From Takakia lepidozioides (taxonomy: Eukaryota > Plantae > Bryophyta): DNA of 64,000 bases. The notes under the pieces were generated by a model. That model made no database searches. It was given only the letters and a program-made list of their open reading frames with translations, and had not been told where the DNA came from. The stretch is from contig CM060734.1 of assembly GCA_030704615.1 (NCBI GenBank), positions 32,798,001 to 32,862,000 of the forward strand, written 5' to 3'. Below are positions 38,498 through 52,750 of this stretch, piece after piece (position 1 is the stretch's first letter; each line of letters starts with the position of its first letter). Position numbers and translations under genes: made by a program.

Positions 38498-41185
38498 CTA
38501 CAATACTGCTTCGACTAGCTTACAATCAACACGGGCATCACTGGGCCAATTTTTGTAAACCATTACCAATTTGTCCAAATTATCCACCCCCAGACGACAT
38601 CGTCTAAGAGCAGTCAACACACCTGCCACGGAGAAAATTCTCTCCGTCTCAATCTGAGAACCAGGTATTCCAAGAATTTGACGAGCCAACCACCCAACAT
38701 TAGGGAACCTTGTCTCATGCTCAAACCACCATTTCATTGGATCTAGTTTCTCCTCATTGTCAACGGGAAAGTGTCGGAATAAAGAAAGCTCAGCCTTCAA
38801 TAAGCCCTCACTGGCCTCCTCAGTGGAGGCAGCCCTACCAAACAATCCATGCGAAGGTAGCTCAGGAGTGGGTGGATGCGGAGCTGTGCCACCTTTAGGG
38901 TTCAAGTGCTCAATCACAGTGGTCAATAGTGGCAGCAATACAACTGAATCATATTCTTGCACCAGACGTTCAGCTGACATCCTACCAATGTAATCAGCAA
39001 TGCACTGTAAGCCTTTGAACCGTGGATCCAAAATTAAGGCTAGCATGTTATGTGTCCTGTTCTCAATGAAATATTCAATAAATGAAAGAAATGGGCGAAG
39101 AACCTCTATGACTTGGAGGGCCATGCGAGCATAAAACAACTCTATCTCCGCATCAAAAGATCCATATTGTAAGCGTGGCACATGAGCTGCCCTTACTTCC
39201 ACAATCTTCCTCATCTCCGTCATGATAGCCAAGCCAGCTAAGAGGGCATTTGAGAGCAGCCAATAACCCCTTCGCTAGTTCAGAATGCATTGGTGCACTA
39301 CAGGTGTCAAAGTGTCTTCCACAGCTTTGGCTATGGCCCATGTCCGCCCACTGGGAACCCTGGTTTGCAAGGCAACAAATTGCCGTGTGTAGCAAATATT
39401 GATGGCATTAGCATACGCCAACGTCTCCTGAAACATAATGACTTTCGATGTAAATCTTGTCTTGACAGGGGTCCTGAGTTTTCTCTTGGGCAGGCCTGCA
39501 TCCACACAAGCCTTCTCCCACTCCAACTTGCCCTTACCACTTTTCTTCATCCAAGTGATGGTTTTTTGCAAGGCTGCCTGAGCCTCTTTTAAGCTCACCT
39601 CAATCATACCACCACTGACCTTCCCCTCATTTGTTGCGTATTGGCATGCCTTAGACATGGCATGCCCAAAGCAAGACCCTAGATAGGGCTCTGACAGCTT
39701 CAAAGGATCACATTTCACCACTGAAGTTCGGGCAGATTGCAAAGTGACCGCAAGGTTAGCCCCTTCATCCTTTACATAAGCTATCACCTTGTCTAATAGC
39801 TTGAATTGGGCCAGCTGAGCTTTCATTTGGGCTGCAAGAGCAAGTCCAGATGTATCTGGAGCTTCAAAAATACCAACTGTAATATGGCATGGACACCAAA
39901 CCTCGTTGATAAAGTTTACCACAAGTGCAAAGGTATCATGCCCTGATCTTGACATCCACAAGTCAAAGGAGCAAGACACGGTGGATGCAGAGGCTATGGC
40001 AGGTAAAACATATGTGTCCATCATTTTCTTGAACAAAGCAGGTAGATGGTCTTTCACAAGCTGTTTTCTGCTAGGGAATACAACCTGACAACACTGTCTC
40101 ATGATTAATCTGCGGAGCCAAGGATTCTCAACAACTGACAGGGGCATGTACCCTTTACAGACCAGAAGCACCAGATCTTCAATGAACCTCAGCTGGGCAG
40201 GATTATCTTTCCTGTATGGCCTACAACTGCCAAAGAACGAAGTGATAGCACTCGGAGACACAGACTGTCGTTTTTTGGTTTTTTGACGTTTATTGCTACC
40301 TTGATCTACAACAGTTAAGCCATGATCTAGATTGTAGTTTACAAAGCCTTTTCTGGTTCTGGTTGAGTTACTAGAGCTGTGAGCATTCTCCACTGAATGA
40401 CACATAATGCACCTCATCAGTTGTGTCTCATTCATCTCTACCTTAGCACTTGCATCGTTCAGGACAAAAAACGCCCAACACTCAGAACCTCTATGATATG
40501 GGAGCCAAAATCCCTGATTGGCGACCAAAACTTGCAAGCGTTGGCGCCACAGAGCCTCCTCCTTGGCAATTCGGTCCTCTTCCACCTGATCACTAACTTG
40601 CAGGACCTCCTCACTTGTCACGCCTGTCTCCAAGTCCTCTACATCCTCCCCAGTAGATAGCAACAATGTTTCAGTCTCACTGATCTCTAACGCATTGAAG
40701 AAATCCATCTCCCCTAGCTAACCTTGTCACAAAGTTGTTGTGAATCCCATAAAACAAGCATTCAACAGTCAACCGCATGTAACGAGCAACAAATGGGCAA
40801 GAGGCTCAAAGCAATACCTAAATCGGCCTCCTTGCTTGATGCTGCATTGAAAGCCAACAAACCACCTTCATTGCGATCCCTTCCGCAGCCAAAACCAAAG
40901 CAAGAATCTCACAAAATTTGCGGCCATCTCTAGGCTACGTGCACTGATACCTGAACGGCGATACCACCAACCGAGTTCCAGCGGAAAAAAACAAGTAACA
41001 ACATCAACAAAGGTGAGCCGAGACCAGTCGGCTAGGGTATCGGCCTCTCGAAATCCTAATCATACCCTACATGTAGATTACTCTACGCATTTCCTTTCTA
41101 TCTGGAACCGGCTGGTAGGGGCTTCCATACCCGGGTGCATAACCGGGTTGATACCCGTATTTTTGTACATACCAGACCAACACTG
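38498..41185 (-). mobile_element. hAT-superfamily transposon; transposase 40708-38498 with one nonsense codon (39275-39277); 5' TIR ends at 41185
   Basis: BED-finger remnant (CWAFF...CIMCH), SFDLW, KDEGAN, CFGH, KTRF and the hATC dimerisation motif IPGSQIETERIFS. Both ORFs are in the same frame. TIR reads CAGTGTTGGTCTGGTAT on the minus strand. Confidence 0.92.
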
Positions 41186-43513
41186 GTAAGACCCCCGCAG
41201 AAGACCCGTGGGATCTTATGCCCTGTCACTTTTCTTTTTCTAAATTCGTTTATTTTATTTTAGTTCTAGGGATCTGAGCTATCCACCCAGATCTTCAAGA
41301 GATCTCAGCCATCCACCGCGGAAAGAACCCTCTGTGTTTACGCAGGGAAACCCCCCCCCCCCCCCCCCGGGGCGGCCTTGTGCTCCGGTCCTACTACCTC
41401 GGGCCACGCCCTCGGACTACTCCCCTCACACCGCGGTAAGCCCTCAAAGGGGGATTGCGTTATACTATCACCATCTTCAATAGGAATAGGACCAACTTTG
41501 AATGGTTTGAAGTATGATGACCTTTGGCAAATAAGGTCTCAAATTGCCGCTAATAATCTTCGAGGTGGGTGGAACTGATGCGATGACTCTCAATGAACAT
41601 GAACTTCTCCTACATGAGGCACTAATGTCAATGGTATCTACATTGCCGAAGGTTGCAAAGACGATATTCCAACAAAAGAACAAGGCATCCACAATCACTG
41701 GCAAATTCCAAAATGAAGAACACACACAAATGATCAAACTCTAATCTACTCAGAGACTGATAACCACAAACCCTTGTTCACTCTTGTACTTTATAAACAC
41801 AGTTCGCATTCTCTCTCTCCAGCAACTTGGATTTCTCTTCCCTCCACTTCCATGAAAATTTTCCCGCCAAGTTCTTCAAATGCAAATGCCTTCATAACAC
41901 CAGCCAACAACTCGCCATTCATTCTCATTATTTTCCCTCCAATCTTCTCCCAACTCCACCTCAACAAACTCCATTGCGGACTCCATCTCCATCGCAGGGA
42001 AAAGAAACCGCTTGGATGAGCTAAAACGCGGTTCTCAATTTTGACTGCTCAAAATATGTGCCCCACCTAATCTGGGAGTTTTTAGTTTCTCATTGACAGG
42101 CCATGTCAAGGGGTCCACCTTCCCATCCGCAGGCAGTAAGTAGCCCTTCAAGGTGAAGAGTCACCATAGTTTTTGCTTCCTTCCGGAGGTGTCATATGTT
42201 ATTATCATTGGACTATTCATCTAGTTTTGAGGAAAATGACACTAATTGAGGGCCATGGCAAGCTCAGCCAGTAAGGGAGGGAGTATTGTGAAATAGTAGA
42301 GAGTATCCACTAGTATAGCAAACATAGAGTGTTAACATTTGTAGAGGGTAGACTGTAGCTGACCACAGCTTCCTATGATTGTGTTGTGAACCTGCACTCA
42401 CATGGGCCCACCCATGTGAATCTCCACAAACACAATCGGCGGATTCTCACCATAACTTTAACACGAGTTGAGGTAGCTGAACAGTGCAACTGGCAAGTTG
42501 ATTATAGATGATCAGGGTCCACAGTCCTGCAGTCCGTGTGGAGAGCCTGGCTCAACAGGTTAAGTCTTGTAGGACGGCGGCTTTGACTGGACGACAACTG
42601 TTTGATAGTCATCTCTGGGAGCTGGGACATGGTGATGGAGATCTTCATTCTCGCATACAAACCGGAAAAGCATACCCAACATTGGACTATCGAATTCTGG
42701 GGTCTCGAATCAACATAACCATGTGTACTGGAAGTTTGGTTAAAGCTGTGCCACAAGAAAAATTGCAAATTGCAACATTTAGTGGTTCGTCAAACATCAA
42801 GGAGCGAACTCAGACTGTTGAAATTCGGGTTCTTGAGCTGCAGTGTGCAACCAGTCAGTCACATTCTTGGACCAGTGACCAATTTCTAATCACCCAGAAT
42901 CAGACCATCACAGATTGAACAGGTACGTTCTCTGAAAGGCATGTGTGCTAAGTACTAACTAGTTTTCACATTAATTGTTCACATGCCATTATCATGCAAT
43001 CTTCCCTGCGGGAAGACAAACATCCAACAAGAGAACCAAGAGAAACTGCACCAACGCAAACCTTGAAACAACATTTCTTCATTATCTGGAAGAATACTTT
43101 TGCACTTCGCTTGAAGGATTATTCATTGCATTCTCACCAAACGGTCTCGGTAAGAACACATCACAGCAATAACTGTAAGATGAATGTCATGTTGAGATTA
43201 GATGATTGCAGGTGCATCATCTCAATCGTCTCAACAAGATTGAAGCAATATGTTCAGCTCGTAAAATGTAAGAATGTTATCTTTCCGATGCGATCAGAAT
43301 TGTGGGAGAGAATCTCCTGTAATAGCACTGCAAAACTTGTCAGAGCAAACTGCATCTGTAGGCATCTCTTATGTTTCAACCCGGCTCATGTTTTCTTTCC
43401 CAAAGCGTACATGCTTTACATGCACCCCATCGCTCCAGTGCACGTAGAAGGTATAGCAGGGTAGAAACCGCACAAGACTTTCCTTAAGCGGCTGCTTCGA
43501 CAGCTCCCCGGCG

Positions 43514-44674
43514 TCAGCATGCCACTCTCATTGGCCCCCGCACAGGGGGAAGACCCCTGGCTTTCATTTGCTGGTACATCCACGTCCATCCTTCTACACT
43601 CACCTCCCCGCCCAGACCGCGCACAACAGCCCCGCCGGTGCAGCACCCCATCTTGCAGCAATCTTCAAGACAGAGGCCATTCAACACACCATACAAGAAC
43701 CCACTTGCAAACAAATCGCCCGCACCCGTGGTATCCACGGTCAAGGTCTCCAAAATTGCAGGAACCCTGACCACGACTTTGCCATAGCGGGCGATGCAGC
43801 CCTTGGATCCGAGCATCACAACGGCCCTCTCGCAGTACTGGGCCAAAAAATCAAGACAACTCTCTGGGGATGCGTTCGCTTCCCCCTTGACCAGCTCCCG
43901 CGCCTCATCTTCATTTGCGAAAACAAGGTCTACATTGCCAGACTCCAACAATTTCATCAACCGGGGCCTGAAATTCCGAACAACTTCAAAACTTGCAAGA
44001 TCCATGGACACGAGAGCGCCTTCTTGCTTAGCAATCACCACAGCCCTCTCCAGCAATTCCGTCCCATAAAAACCATACCCATTCAGAACAATCCATTGCG
44101 CCCCTCTGAAATCCTTCCCCGTCAGCTCGTCGATTTGCAGCCTAACAGCATTGGCAAGACACGGTCGCATTGTGCGATTTCCTTCAGCATCCACCAAGCA
44201 CGCACATTGAGCAGTAGGTCCCGGCACAGCACGCAGCCGCGAGATGTCCACCCCCGCCGACTCCATATTGGAAGCAAACATGTTGCCCCTCTCATCGTCC
44301 CCTCTCAAACCAACCAGAGCGGTGCGGATCCCCAGCCCTCCTGCCAGCCCTCGAATCGTGTTGGCCACACTGCCACCTGCCAGCGTCCGAATCACTTGGC
44401 CCTGACCTCCATGCGCAGGAAGTATGTGAGCATTCACCTCGGCCAGGATGTGATCCAGCTCCTCTCCCGTCACCCTCATCGACCCTCCTCTCTCTCCCGG
44501 CACGGCCGCCAACAGCGACCAGTCCACCCTCGCAACATGGTCCACCAGAGCCACCGGCTGCAACCCCACCACAGCAGCAGCGCACGATCTCTCTCCGTTC
44601 CGCCATCCACCATAGCAATCCACCGAGCTCAACAGCTGCTCTCCGCCTTCGTGCTCATGGGGGATCGCCCCCAT
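43514..44674 (-). CDS. pfkB-family carbohydrate/nucleoside kinase, intronless, 386 aa
   Basis: AGGSVANT, DAEGNRTM, FANEDEA and the VDTTGAGDLFASGFLYG PfkB signature. Resembles the At1g19600-type plant group. Confidence 0.93.
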   Translation of the reverse strand: MGAIPHEHEGGEQLLSSVDCYGGWRNGERSCAAAVVGLQPVALVDHVARVDWSLLAAVPGERGGSMRVTGEELDHILAEVNAHILPAHGGQGQVIRTLAGGSVANTIRGLAGGLGIRTALVGLRGDDERGNMFASNMESAGVDISRLRAVPGPTAQCACLVDAEGNRTMRPCLANAVRLQIDELTGKDFRGAQWIVLNGYGFYGTELLERAVVIAKQEGALVSMDLASFEVVRNFRPRLMKLLESGNVDLVFANEDEARELVKGEANASPESCLDFLAQYCERAVVMLGSKGCIARYGKVVVRVPAILETLTVDTTGAGDLFASGFLYGVLNGLCLEDCCKMGCCTGGAVVRGLGGEVSVEGWTWMYQQMKARGLPPVRGPMRVAC

Positions 44675-44929
44675 AGCTCTAGAGCTCTCGAGCTCTCAAG
44701 ACGAGACCTTCTGCCTCTCTCGTCTGCCGCAGCTTCCCTCTTGAGCCTCCTCTTTCCGCTGCCCTTACCGCCTACTTCCGGTCTCCAAGCGCGTCGGTTA
44801 TTTCTTTTACCGGTCATTTCCGGTATCTAGTATCTACTTTATCTATTTCACGTTAGCAAACTTTGGACGTTAGCAAACTTTACTTTGTCCTTTTGTTTTT
44901 AAAGGAAAAGGGGACAGACTCGGCCCTTT

Positions 44930-44974
44930 TAATTTTTTCTTTTTAAATTTTTAAAAGAGAAACACCTGGGAGCG
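44930..44974 (-). mobile_element. 3'-end stub of SINE family A
   Basis: GAAACACCTGGGAGCG is identical to the family 3' end and is followed on the minus strand by an A/T tail. Confidence 0.55.
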
Positions 44975-45269
44975 TTTAATTTTATTATCAAGGAAAAAAT
45001 AACCTCGAGAAAAATAACTTTACTTCTATTTCGGTTTTTGTCTACTTTTCCCCATAACCTTTTGCCATTTCGGTGCTTTTCTATTTTTATTCTATTACTG
45101 GTTTTATTACTGGTGTTTTTGGTGCTGCCCGGTTAAGCCTGAAGCGACTCGAACCTCGGTTTTTGGGGATCTGTAACTAACATACTCCGATGACGGTGAG
45201 GTTAAAAGTTAAAACACAAAAGGTAGCCCTGATTTCACGCTTTCCAACGAGCCCCCAGAAAGGTAATTA

Positions 45270-46078
45270 CTGATCAGCTCTTCATTTGTTATGAATTTTG
45301 TAAGTAATTCAAATGAGCTATTTTGGGCAGACCGCTGGAGCATGTCGCTGCCCGAATCTGCATACGTGGCGCCCCTTTGTCTTAGGGCGCCCGCTGCGGA
45401 TCAAGGGGCGTTCAGCGCGTGGCAGATCCGCACTGGCTGCTTGTGTGAGCCATGTACCACAGCAAAGGGGTGTAGGACGTGGCGCCTCAATACCAGGGGC
45501 CACGCAGGCAAAGTCATGGGGTGTAGGCATGTTTTGGCAAAACAGGTGACCCCACCTAGGGCAGGCCCAATCTGACCTTGGAAACGGCCTCAAAATGGGC
45601 AAAACTGAACCGGGTTTGAAAACTGTACGGATTTTCCATCCAAGAAATCCTTCCCCCTCAAAATTATAAGTTAGGAACAACGGAATGCATTTCATGCTAT
45701 GGACACCTAGATTTCATCCAAATTGGATGAATATTTGTATAGAAGGTGTACTTTATCCTCCAAAAACGTTTCTGAAAAACAAGCACTTAGAACCGTCCAA
45801 AAAAACAGTGTAACCACATATAAAACAAAACACTTTGACCCGAGTAAACAGTAATCTCCAAAATCGTACGGTCGAAATCTCCGAAATGTTGACCACTCAC
45901 AGCCGGTGTCAGTGTGCCCCATGTTACACTGTCAGTTCTCCTCCATCCCATTTTGATGCCACCTGTGGATGTTCTACTGGGCAGAGCTGTCTGGCCCAAA
46001 TTTGGCAACTTGGGTTTGAGCGATTATGGATTCACAGAAAATTAGGGCCACTTATTACCGTTGTTTTTAGGTGACACT
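45270..46078. mobile_element. Unclassified non-autonomous DNA-element relic
   Basis: Non-coding, CpG-rich block with transposon-like internal motifs, bounded by A/T tracts. No TIR pair found. Confidence 0.25.
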
Positions 46079-46114
46079 TTTTTTTTTTTTTTTCTAAGAA
46101 AAGGGAGTGGACAT

Positions 46115-46337
46115 TTAAAAAAAAAAAAAAGGGAAACACCTGGGAGCGACAGCTCACAAATCAGGCCCCTTGATAGAGAGGAGAAAATAACCTCTCAGTA
46201 ACCTCGCCGTAAGGCTTTCAGATGCGACACCGCGCAGGGAAGGGGGAGAAGAGCGGACCACACCCGTCAAGTAGCGGGATTTGACCCCAGGGTCATCCAC
46301 TCAGTGCGCTTTACAAACTGAGCTACTGACTGTTGGT
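46115..46337 (-). mobile_element. tRNA-derived SINE, family A, copy 2, with 9-bp TSD
   Basis: Reverse-complement match to 12751-12991. AGTGGACAT is duplicated at 46106-46114 and 46338-46346. Poly-T tail on the sense strand. Confidence 0.85.
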
Positions 46338-47568
46338 AGTGGACATAAAAAGAGGGGACAGAGGAAAAAATAAGCTGTGGAGGGTACCATAGAGGCTGAC
46401 CCAGGAAGTCACTGCTTCTAAGAAGGGCCACAGCGGTGGTGACAGTGTGTTGGGAAAAATGAGCAGATGCCCACAAGCTAATTTCATACTTTCTATTTAT
46501 TTTCCAAGGAAGCATACCATTTATAATGCTCTAAAAATCCCAAAAAGAGAGATAGTGACTAAGTTCGATTTATCACTCTCATTGTCCGCTGTAGGCTTTC
46601 CTATATTGTCTTTCAAAAAGCAGAGATAGGAAGGGAACTTTGACTAGAGAGTTGAGTGCCACAAAAACAGGAACAAAAATGAAGCGTTGGGCATGGAGTA
46701 CAGTGCATGCAAGTTGAGGAGTACACGCCTTGAACGTAAGTAACCCTCCTAAACACACCAACAAACAAAAAACGAAAAAAGAACATAACCCATCCCCGAG
46801 AGCGGGTAAGGGCAGGGTGGGGCCCAGTCGCGGGTTCAAACCACTGCGCCTCGTCGCACATGCATCGCCGGATCCTGCAACGGCACGCCGTCCAACCCTA
46901 ATCGGCCTACATCGGGAAATACACCACCGAGGTCCGCCCACCTGTGTACAGGTAGGTAGGTAGTTCGGTTAGTAGGTATACGTACGTGATTCTATACTTG
47001 TACTCTACAGAGCAGAGCGGCTACGCGATGACCCGACGAAGAGTGAGTCGCCGCGGGCGGGCGCCGCGTCGGTGCGACCGTTAGCGTACGGCGCGAGGGG
47101 GTTGTGCGCGGGAAAAGTTGGCCGTCCGTTTGATTGCGCGGTGACGCCGTCGGAAGGACGGACGGCCGTCGTGGAATGAGAGAGTAATAAAAGCGACGGC
47201 GTCGTGGCGTTAAGTACGTCTCGCTCAGGTGCTGTCTCTCTGGGTCCCTCGTGCGGCTCTCTCGCTCCTCGAGGCCGCCGTGGGTGGATGTTTATATCGA
47301 TCGTTGCTTTCGGCTTTGTTTGGCCGAAGTGAGGATTTGGATCTTGGAGATGCACTGCGCCTTTGAGGTGCTGTTCTATTCGGGTCGAAGTCTCGGTTGT
47401 GAGAGAAGCTTTCACAATTGCCACACTAGTGAAGCTCTATGCCTTGTTTTGGTAAGGAGACATCATGGTTGACAATTCTCAGCGCTTTCGTACGTGAATG
47501 GAAAGATCGGCGCTGGGATATTTGTGGGTGCTAGGAGCTGAAGCAACTCGCAGTGCAAGTCGGCTTCT

Positions 47569-50500
47569 ATGGATGTAAGCCGATGCTACAGACTGGCTAC
47601 GGTTTTTGTTTCACCATCCCAGCAGGGATTTTTCGCCCCTGAAGTGCACTCGTCTTTCCGTCTGTCAAGCTGGCATGGAGTTGAAGATTCGAAGAAAACG
47701 AGAATTCCTTGCAGGTTTGTACAAGCCTGTTTTCAATTGAAGACCAACGAGTTTACTATCTGGGATGGGTTCGACTTTCCGTATTTCAATTCAAATGTTG
47801 GTGCATGGCTTCCGTTTGATATCTCGCTTTAAAAGAGTAGGCTGCAGGTCAGGTGACTGCTGCTTGATTTTCTGCCTTCGGCTTGCATGTCACCGCCTTA
47901 GACTGCTCGGATGAAACAATCTTCTGCAACACCAATTGTGACAGCGAGAGTTGATTTGTCTTTTGTTATTTTCATTTCGTCACGTTATCTGCAATTCGAG
48001 TGAAAAACTGGGTGGTCTTTTCGCAGGAGAGATGTGTCAGAGAGTGGAGATGGGCGGATGAAAGGAGATGGGAGCGCTATCAATGTGGCAAGGGCAGCAT
48101 TGAACGAGGATGGGGCTGGGGCGGTGCCCGACGAAGGCGTTATACCTCTCAGGAGTAGTACTGAGAACAACGGAATTGCCAACTCTCTCCAAACTTCGCC
48201 ACAGGTTGTTCCAAATCAAACATTGGGGTATATAATGTTTCGGTAAATAGATTTTCGACTGGCAATAATGTCCATTGACCTGGTTGAGAGAATTTTGTGG
48301 AATAATTGCTGTTGCTGTGCTAGATCATCATACACTTGATGTTGGTCATGTGCAGTACAGTGGCTGTAGGAGGATGGGATAACAATGGTGGTAATAGTCC
48401 TTGGGGGGTTGAGGTGAGAATCGAAAGTAAGAAAGGAACTTAAATAATGTCCACAGGTGCTTCCGTGGGCGCTCAGACAAAGTAGAACAGAAGGTAGTGA
48501 GGAAGGAAGAGAAGCTGGAGAAAGGGTTAAGGTCGAGGAGAGAGAGGGATGGAATCCATACAATAACTGGGTGTGCTTTCTGGTTATGTGTGGTTCACCT
48601 AAAACCCTTTGGAGGTTTAAGGATGTTGTGACACGCCAGCTAAAGGCTGCAGTTTTATTCAGATGTAGACCTGGATCTAGGCACAGCATCTTGTGAATGT
48701 TGGCTATGACCCACCCTAACGTGTGTGGTATCCTAATCTTCCAAGAATTCTGTTGTGGAGCTTTAAGCCAGGGTATGAAACCCAGCCAAGATTTTCTTCG
48801 GCATGCCAACAGTAACTTAGATATATTGGCTGACATTGTCCTCATTGTAGAAAACACCATGTTGATCCACATGTACTGAGGAGAAGAGAGTTAAAACGTG
48901 CTTATTGTGAGGCCACTGAGAGTGCAGACAAAGGCTGTGAGGCTCCCTGACAGCAACTCTACAAGTAAAGGGAAGGGAGGAGAAACTGCACCAACCACAA
49001 CAGGAGGACATGTCAATCATGCAAGACTCTTCCGCGTACCCATAACAGGAGGGGTGCAAAGTGCCACATCATCACATGGGCTCCCTCATCCAGTGATTGC
49101 TGTCCGCAACCTAATTGAGCAGGTGCTTTGTTCTTTAACCCAAATCTAAGAGCACTAGCAGAGAACGATAGACAGAGAGTAATAAGGAGAAACAAATTTT
49201 GTTGAATATTCAGTTTTAGGTTGAATTGTCTCTGGTATGCCTCCGAATTAGGATTTCTTTCTGAGGTTTGATCTGACGTGTGTGGGCTCATGAATCTATC
49301 CAGCAGGGACCCTTCTCTGTTGGAAGGACTAACAGGGGAAAGGAGATTAGTTTATTTCTAAACTGGGTGAAAAAGTTGAGTAACAAGGGTGGATGCAGGC
49401 TCGGTATGCACATCTCTGTACAACCATGTCACGCATACATCATCGACGTTGGGGATACCCATTTGGTTCACTTGTGGATTTTGCAACTGACAGTTATGGA
49501 CGTAAGATTACACACATATATTGTCTTTTGAAGATTCAGGGAGTAGGGGCGCTCACACTAGAGCTCTGTACTTAGCATGTGACCAAGTTTGGCCAAGTAT
49601 CGTGTGGGTTTACTGTTGCCTGTGCCTCCCTGCTGGATCCCTGTATATGTTAGGGTAAGTCACATCATGGAGAATGTGTCATTGAGCCTGTTACTTTGAA
49701 AAGAATGGGTAGTCCTTTCTCTGATTTGGAGTCTGTAGTGGGTTTATTGAGCTGTGTCATACAGTTGTCATGTCATAGTGTTGTTTGTAGGTCAATCTAG
49801 GAGTAACCTCATCAGGTTGGTCTTGGCCTGGCCAAGTATACAAAAGTTATTACCTTCAAGCTGCGGATGCCATGAAAGGATTGTTTCTAGATTGATGGTG
49901 GATGTTTAGGCAGGTATTTGACATTGGCATGAACACTGACTGGTAAAAAGGCTCAATAATGTTACCCTTTACGACTGAAATGTGATGGTGACGCATCAAT
50001 GAATATTGTATTGGAAATAAAATTGTGCTTTTCTGTGTGTATAGATCCCATCTTCTCGTTTTTGCCCTTAGCAATCCATACAAGAAACCTGGTAGCAGAT
50101 CCTCGGTGCACTTTGGTGGTCCAGGTATGCTCAATCATGCCATTCCTTCTAGGTCAGCAAGTGCACATGATTTTTCCTTAGTCAGTGGGCACATTACATT
50201 ATCTGTGCCATAGCGTGTGCGATGTATAGAAGTTTGTGCTAAAGTTTCACTAGGTGTGGTGCGTCTTGTTGGTTTTAGTTGTTCAACTTCTGTAGTTACC
50301 TAATTTCCCCTGGATTCACAGGTGGAAGCTGTCCCTGGAAACCCTTGTCAGTTGGCAGACTCAAAAATTAATAATCAGCTAATAGACATCAACTAACTGG
50401 TTTCTCTACATTTTTGTGTGAGGAGGAGAGCTTCTGTATTCTTCCATAAAAGTGGAAAGTTACCGGTGTTCTCATCCAGCAAAGAGTTCGTTTCAGAAAC

Positions 50501-52530
50501 GCCATCAGATTTTTGGTTCTGTTGTTTGCCTTGTTTAGTCACTTGGATTGTAGTAATTAGATTTCTCCCCAATGATCATGGTTAGCAAACAACTTCAATC
50601 ACTATTTAGGTCAGCCAAATCCATGGATGCAGTACACAGTCACGTGTGATTGTGTGGTATGGTATTGCAGATACCTGGATGGAGTGGGCTTGCAAATGCA
50701 AGGGTCACAATATTTGGGGACGTGTATCCACTTCCTGCTGAGGAGCAGGTAATTACCAAACAGTGACCTTTCCTACTCTTTTGCCCCTACATGAGTTCAA
50801 TGTGAGAGTTTTTAATTTCCAGTTGTAGCTGTTTACCAAGGCCCACCATGGATGGCGTTGAGTGACGATTTGGGTTACCTGCAGGCTGCCATCATGTCGT
50901 CAAACAAGGATAAATCAGACTGTTTTGTTGTCAATCTGTTATAAGGTCAAATCCAAAACTATAAACCATCAATTAACTTGGATCAATTATTAATCGATTA
51001 TTTTGTGCCAGGGCTACGATTTTAAGGGTATGTCATAGTTCAGATGTAACCATTCACACTATGGACCAACCTCTCCTTATCAAGGGGTCAGCGGCCACAA
51101 GGTTGCAAATAAGGGGTGATACAGAAGTACCATACTTCTGAGTACATCCTCTTTCTTTTTGTGAATTCCCTGGCACGAATGCTCACATGGCTGACAATCA
51201 CTGTTGGTCCTAATAGAAATGGAGTTCTTTACTAATTGCGTGTGCTAGCAGGAGCTTGCTCATAAGTACTACATTGGAAAGCATCAACAAGGAGCATCTC
51301 ATGAATGGGGCAACTTCACCTTCTATCGTATGGAAGACATCAGGTCTCACTCTGTGCCACTTTTAATTCTCAAATGAGCATGAATCGTCCAAACAATCTA
51401 GACCCTTGCACCTGCTGCATCCGATAGGCATGTGTGGGTAAGGCAGCTGTGTACTGTAATTTTTGGGCCCCAGGAGTATTAAGTCTGGTAATTCAATTCA
51501 AAGATTCACATCACTAGCTTGTGGGTAGTTTCATAGTGGATTTTGAGCGTCTTGAGTGGATCTTCAGGCTTAAAGTCTCGTGTTTTTTGAGCGTTGAGTA
51601 AAATATCTGTACCAATCTGACCATGGCTTATCAAGCCGTCTTTTGAGCTACTTTCCTTAACACTTCAGGTTGGTTATCTTCATCTAGATTTGACTTGCGA
51701 CTGTTTCTTGGGTGAAACAGCGATATCTACTTTGTGGGGGGGTTTGGCACTGTGACATGGGTGGATGTGAAAGAGTACAATAGTGCGCTCCCTGATGCCA
51801 TAGCTGCAAATGGTGCTGAGCAAACTTTGAAGGTGACTTCTATCATTTGCCCCTTTTGCTTTTGCTCACTATGACCACAGCTCTGCTTCTATCACAATTT
51901 TAAAGGGCCACATTGGAGAAGGTTGTGAAGTTTTAATAGGTGAACTTCATGGAGGGGGAGGTGGGGGCAGGGTGGTTGAAATCAGGATCCCGAAGAAGGA
52001 TTAACAATGTAGATTACTATGGCCCATTTTCTGGAGCAGTTCTGTCAGACTGTACACTAACATGATACTGTCTATGTGTGGCAACTCCATGCAGGAGCTC
52101 AACACGCGTTTTTCCCGACCACTCAGAGAGCTGTTGTCATTAGAGGTAGAGGTTGATGATGCTGCCCTTATTTCTATTGACAGCAAGGGTGTTGATGTTC
52201 GGGTGCGCCAGGGCGCTCAGGTAACATTCATAAAAGTTTGGTTGAACCTTGCAGCCACTGTATCATTGTGACTGATGTCAGTTGTCTCTTTCACTCTTCT
52301 TGGGTGCTTCCAGATCTTTACATGTGTAGTAAGTGCTGACAGGACTGCAGTCAGGTCGTAGCACTTGGGATCTTGGCAAAGTAGGTAATCTGAAAATTGG
52401 ATGGGTACAGTGCAATGTGCAGCGGGTTTCTTTTGAGGAATGCCTTGCTGTGGAGACATTGGATCAAGCTGACAGAGCTCTCCAGAAAATTTTGGATAGG
52501 AGTGCTGTACGGATGCCTGGTGTTAACTAG
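47569..52530 (+). CDS. Plastid pyridoxamine 5'-phosphate oxidase-like split-barrel protein (GluTR-binding-protein-like; At1g51560/At3g21140 type), about 10 exons
   Basis: Spliced segments LFRVPITGGVQSATSSHGLP...RNLIEQ|ARYAHLCTTMSRIHHRRWGYPFGSLVDF|PIFSFLPLAIHTRNL...|IPGWSGLANARVTIFGDV|...WGNFTFYRM|DIYFVGGFGTV|ELNTRFS...IDSKGVDVRVRQGAQ|. The 5' exons and start codon are less certain. Confidence 0.85.
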
Positions 52531-52750
52531 GGCTTCTCCTGCATATCTTCCTTTCTTTTTCTCTCCCTCCTTGTAATCGGATTGTTGCGGGCTGCATATT
52601 TTTCAGGGTGAACAGCCCTCTATAGTGACTGCTTAGTTTCCCAGGGGACTCTGTCCTCAAGAATACATTACTGCCTACTATCGTAAAAATGGTGATGTAA
52701 GTACAGTAATCACTGCCTGCAGTGCTGATTTAAACTGGTGTTTGTGGATA

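Noticed and set aside
43568-44830. 420-aa plus-strand ORF
   Set aside because: Antisense shadow of the GC-rich pfkB gene, with no motifs.
46795-46850. tRNA-like A/B box spacing (GGGTTCAAACC)
   Set aside because: No cloverleaf, tail or TSD.
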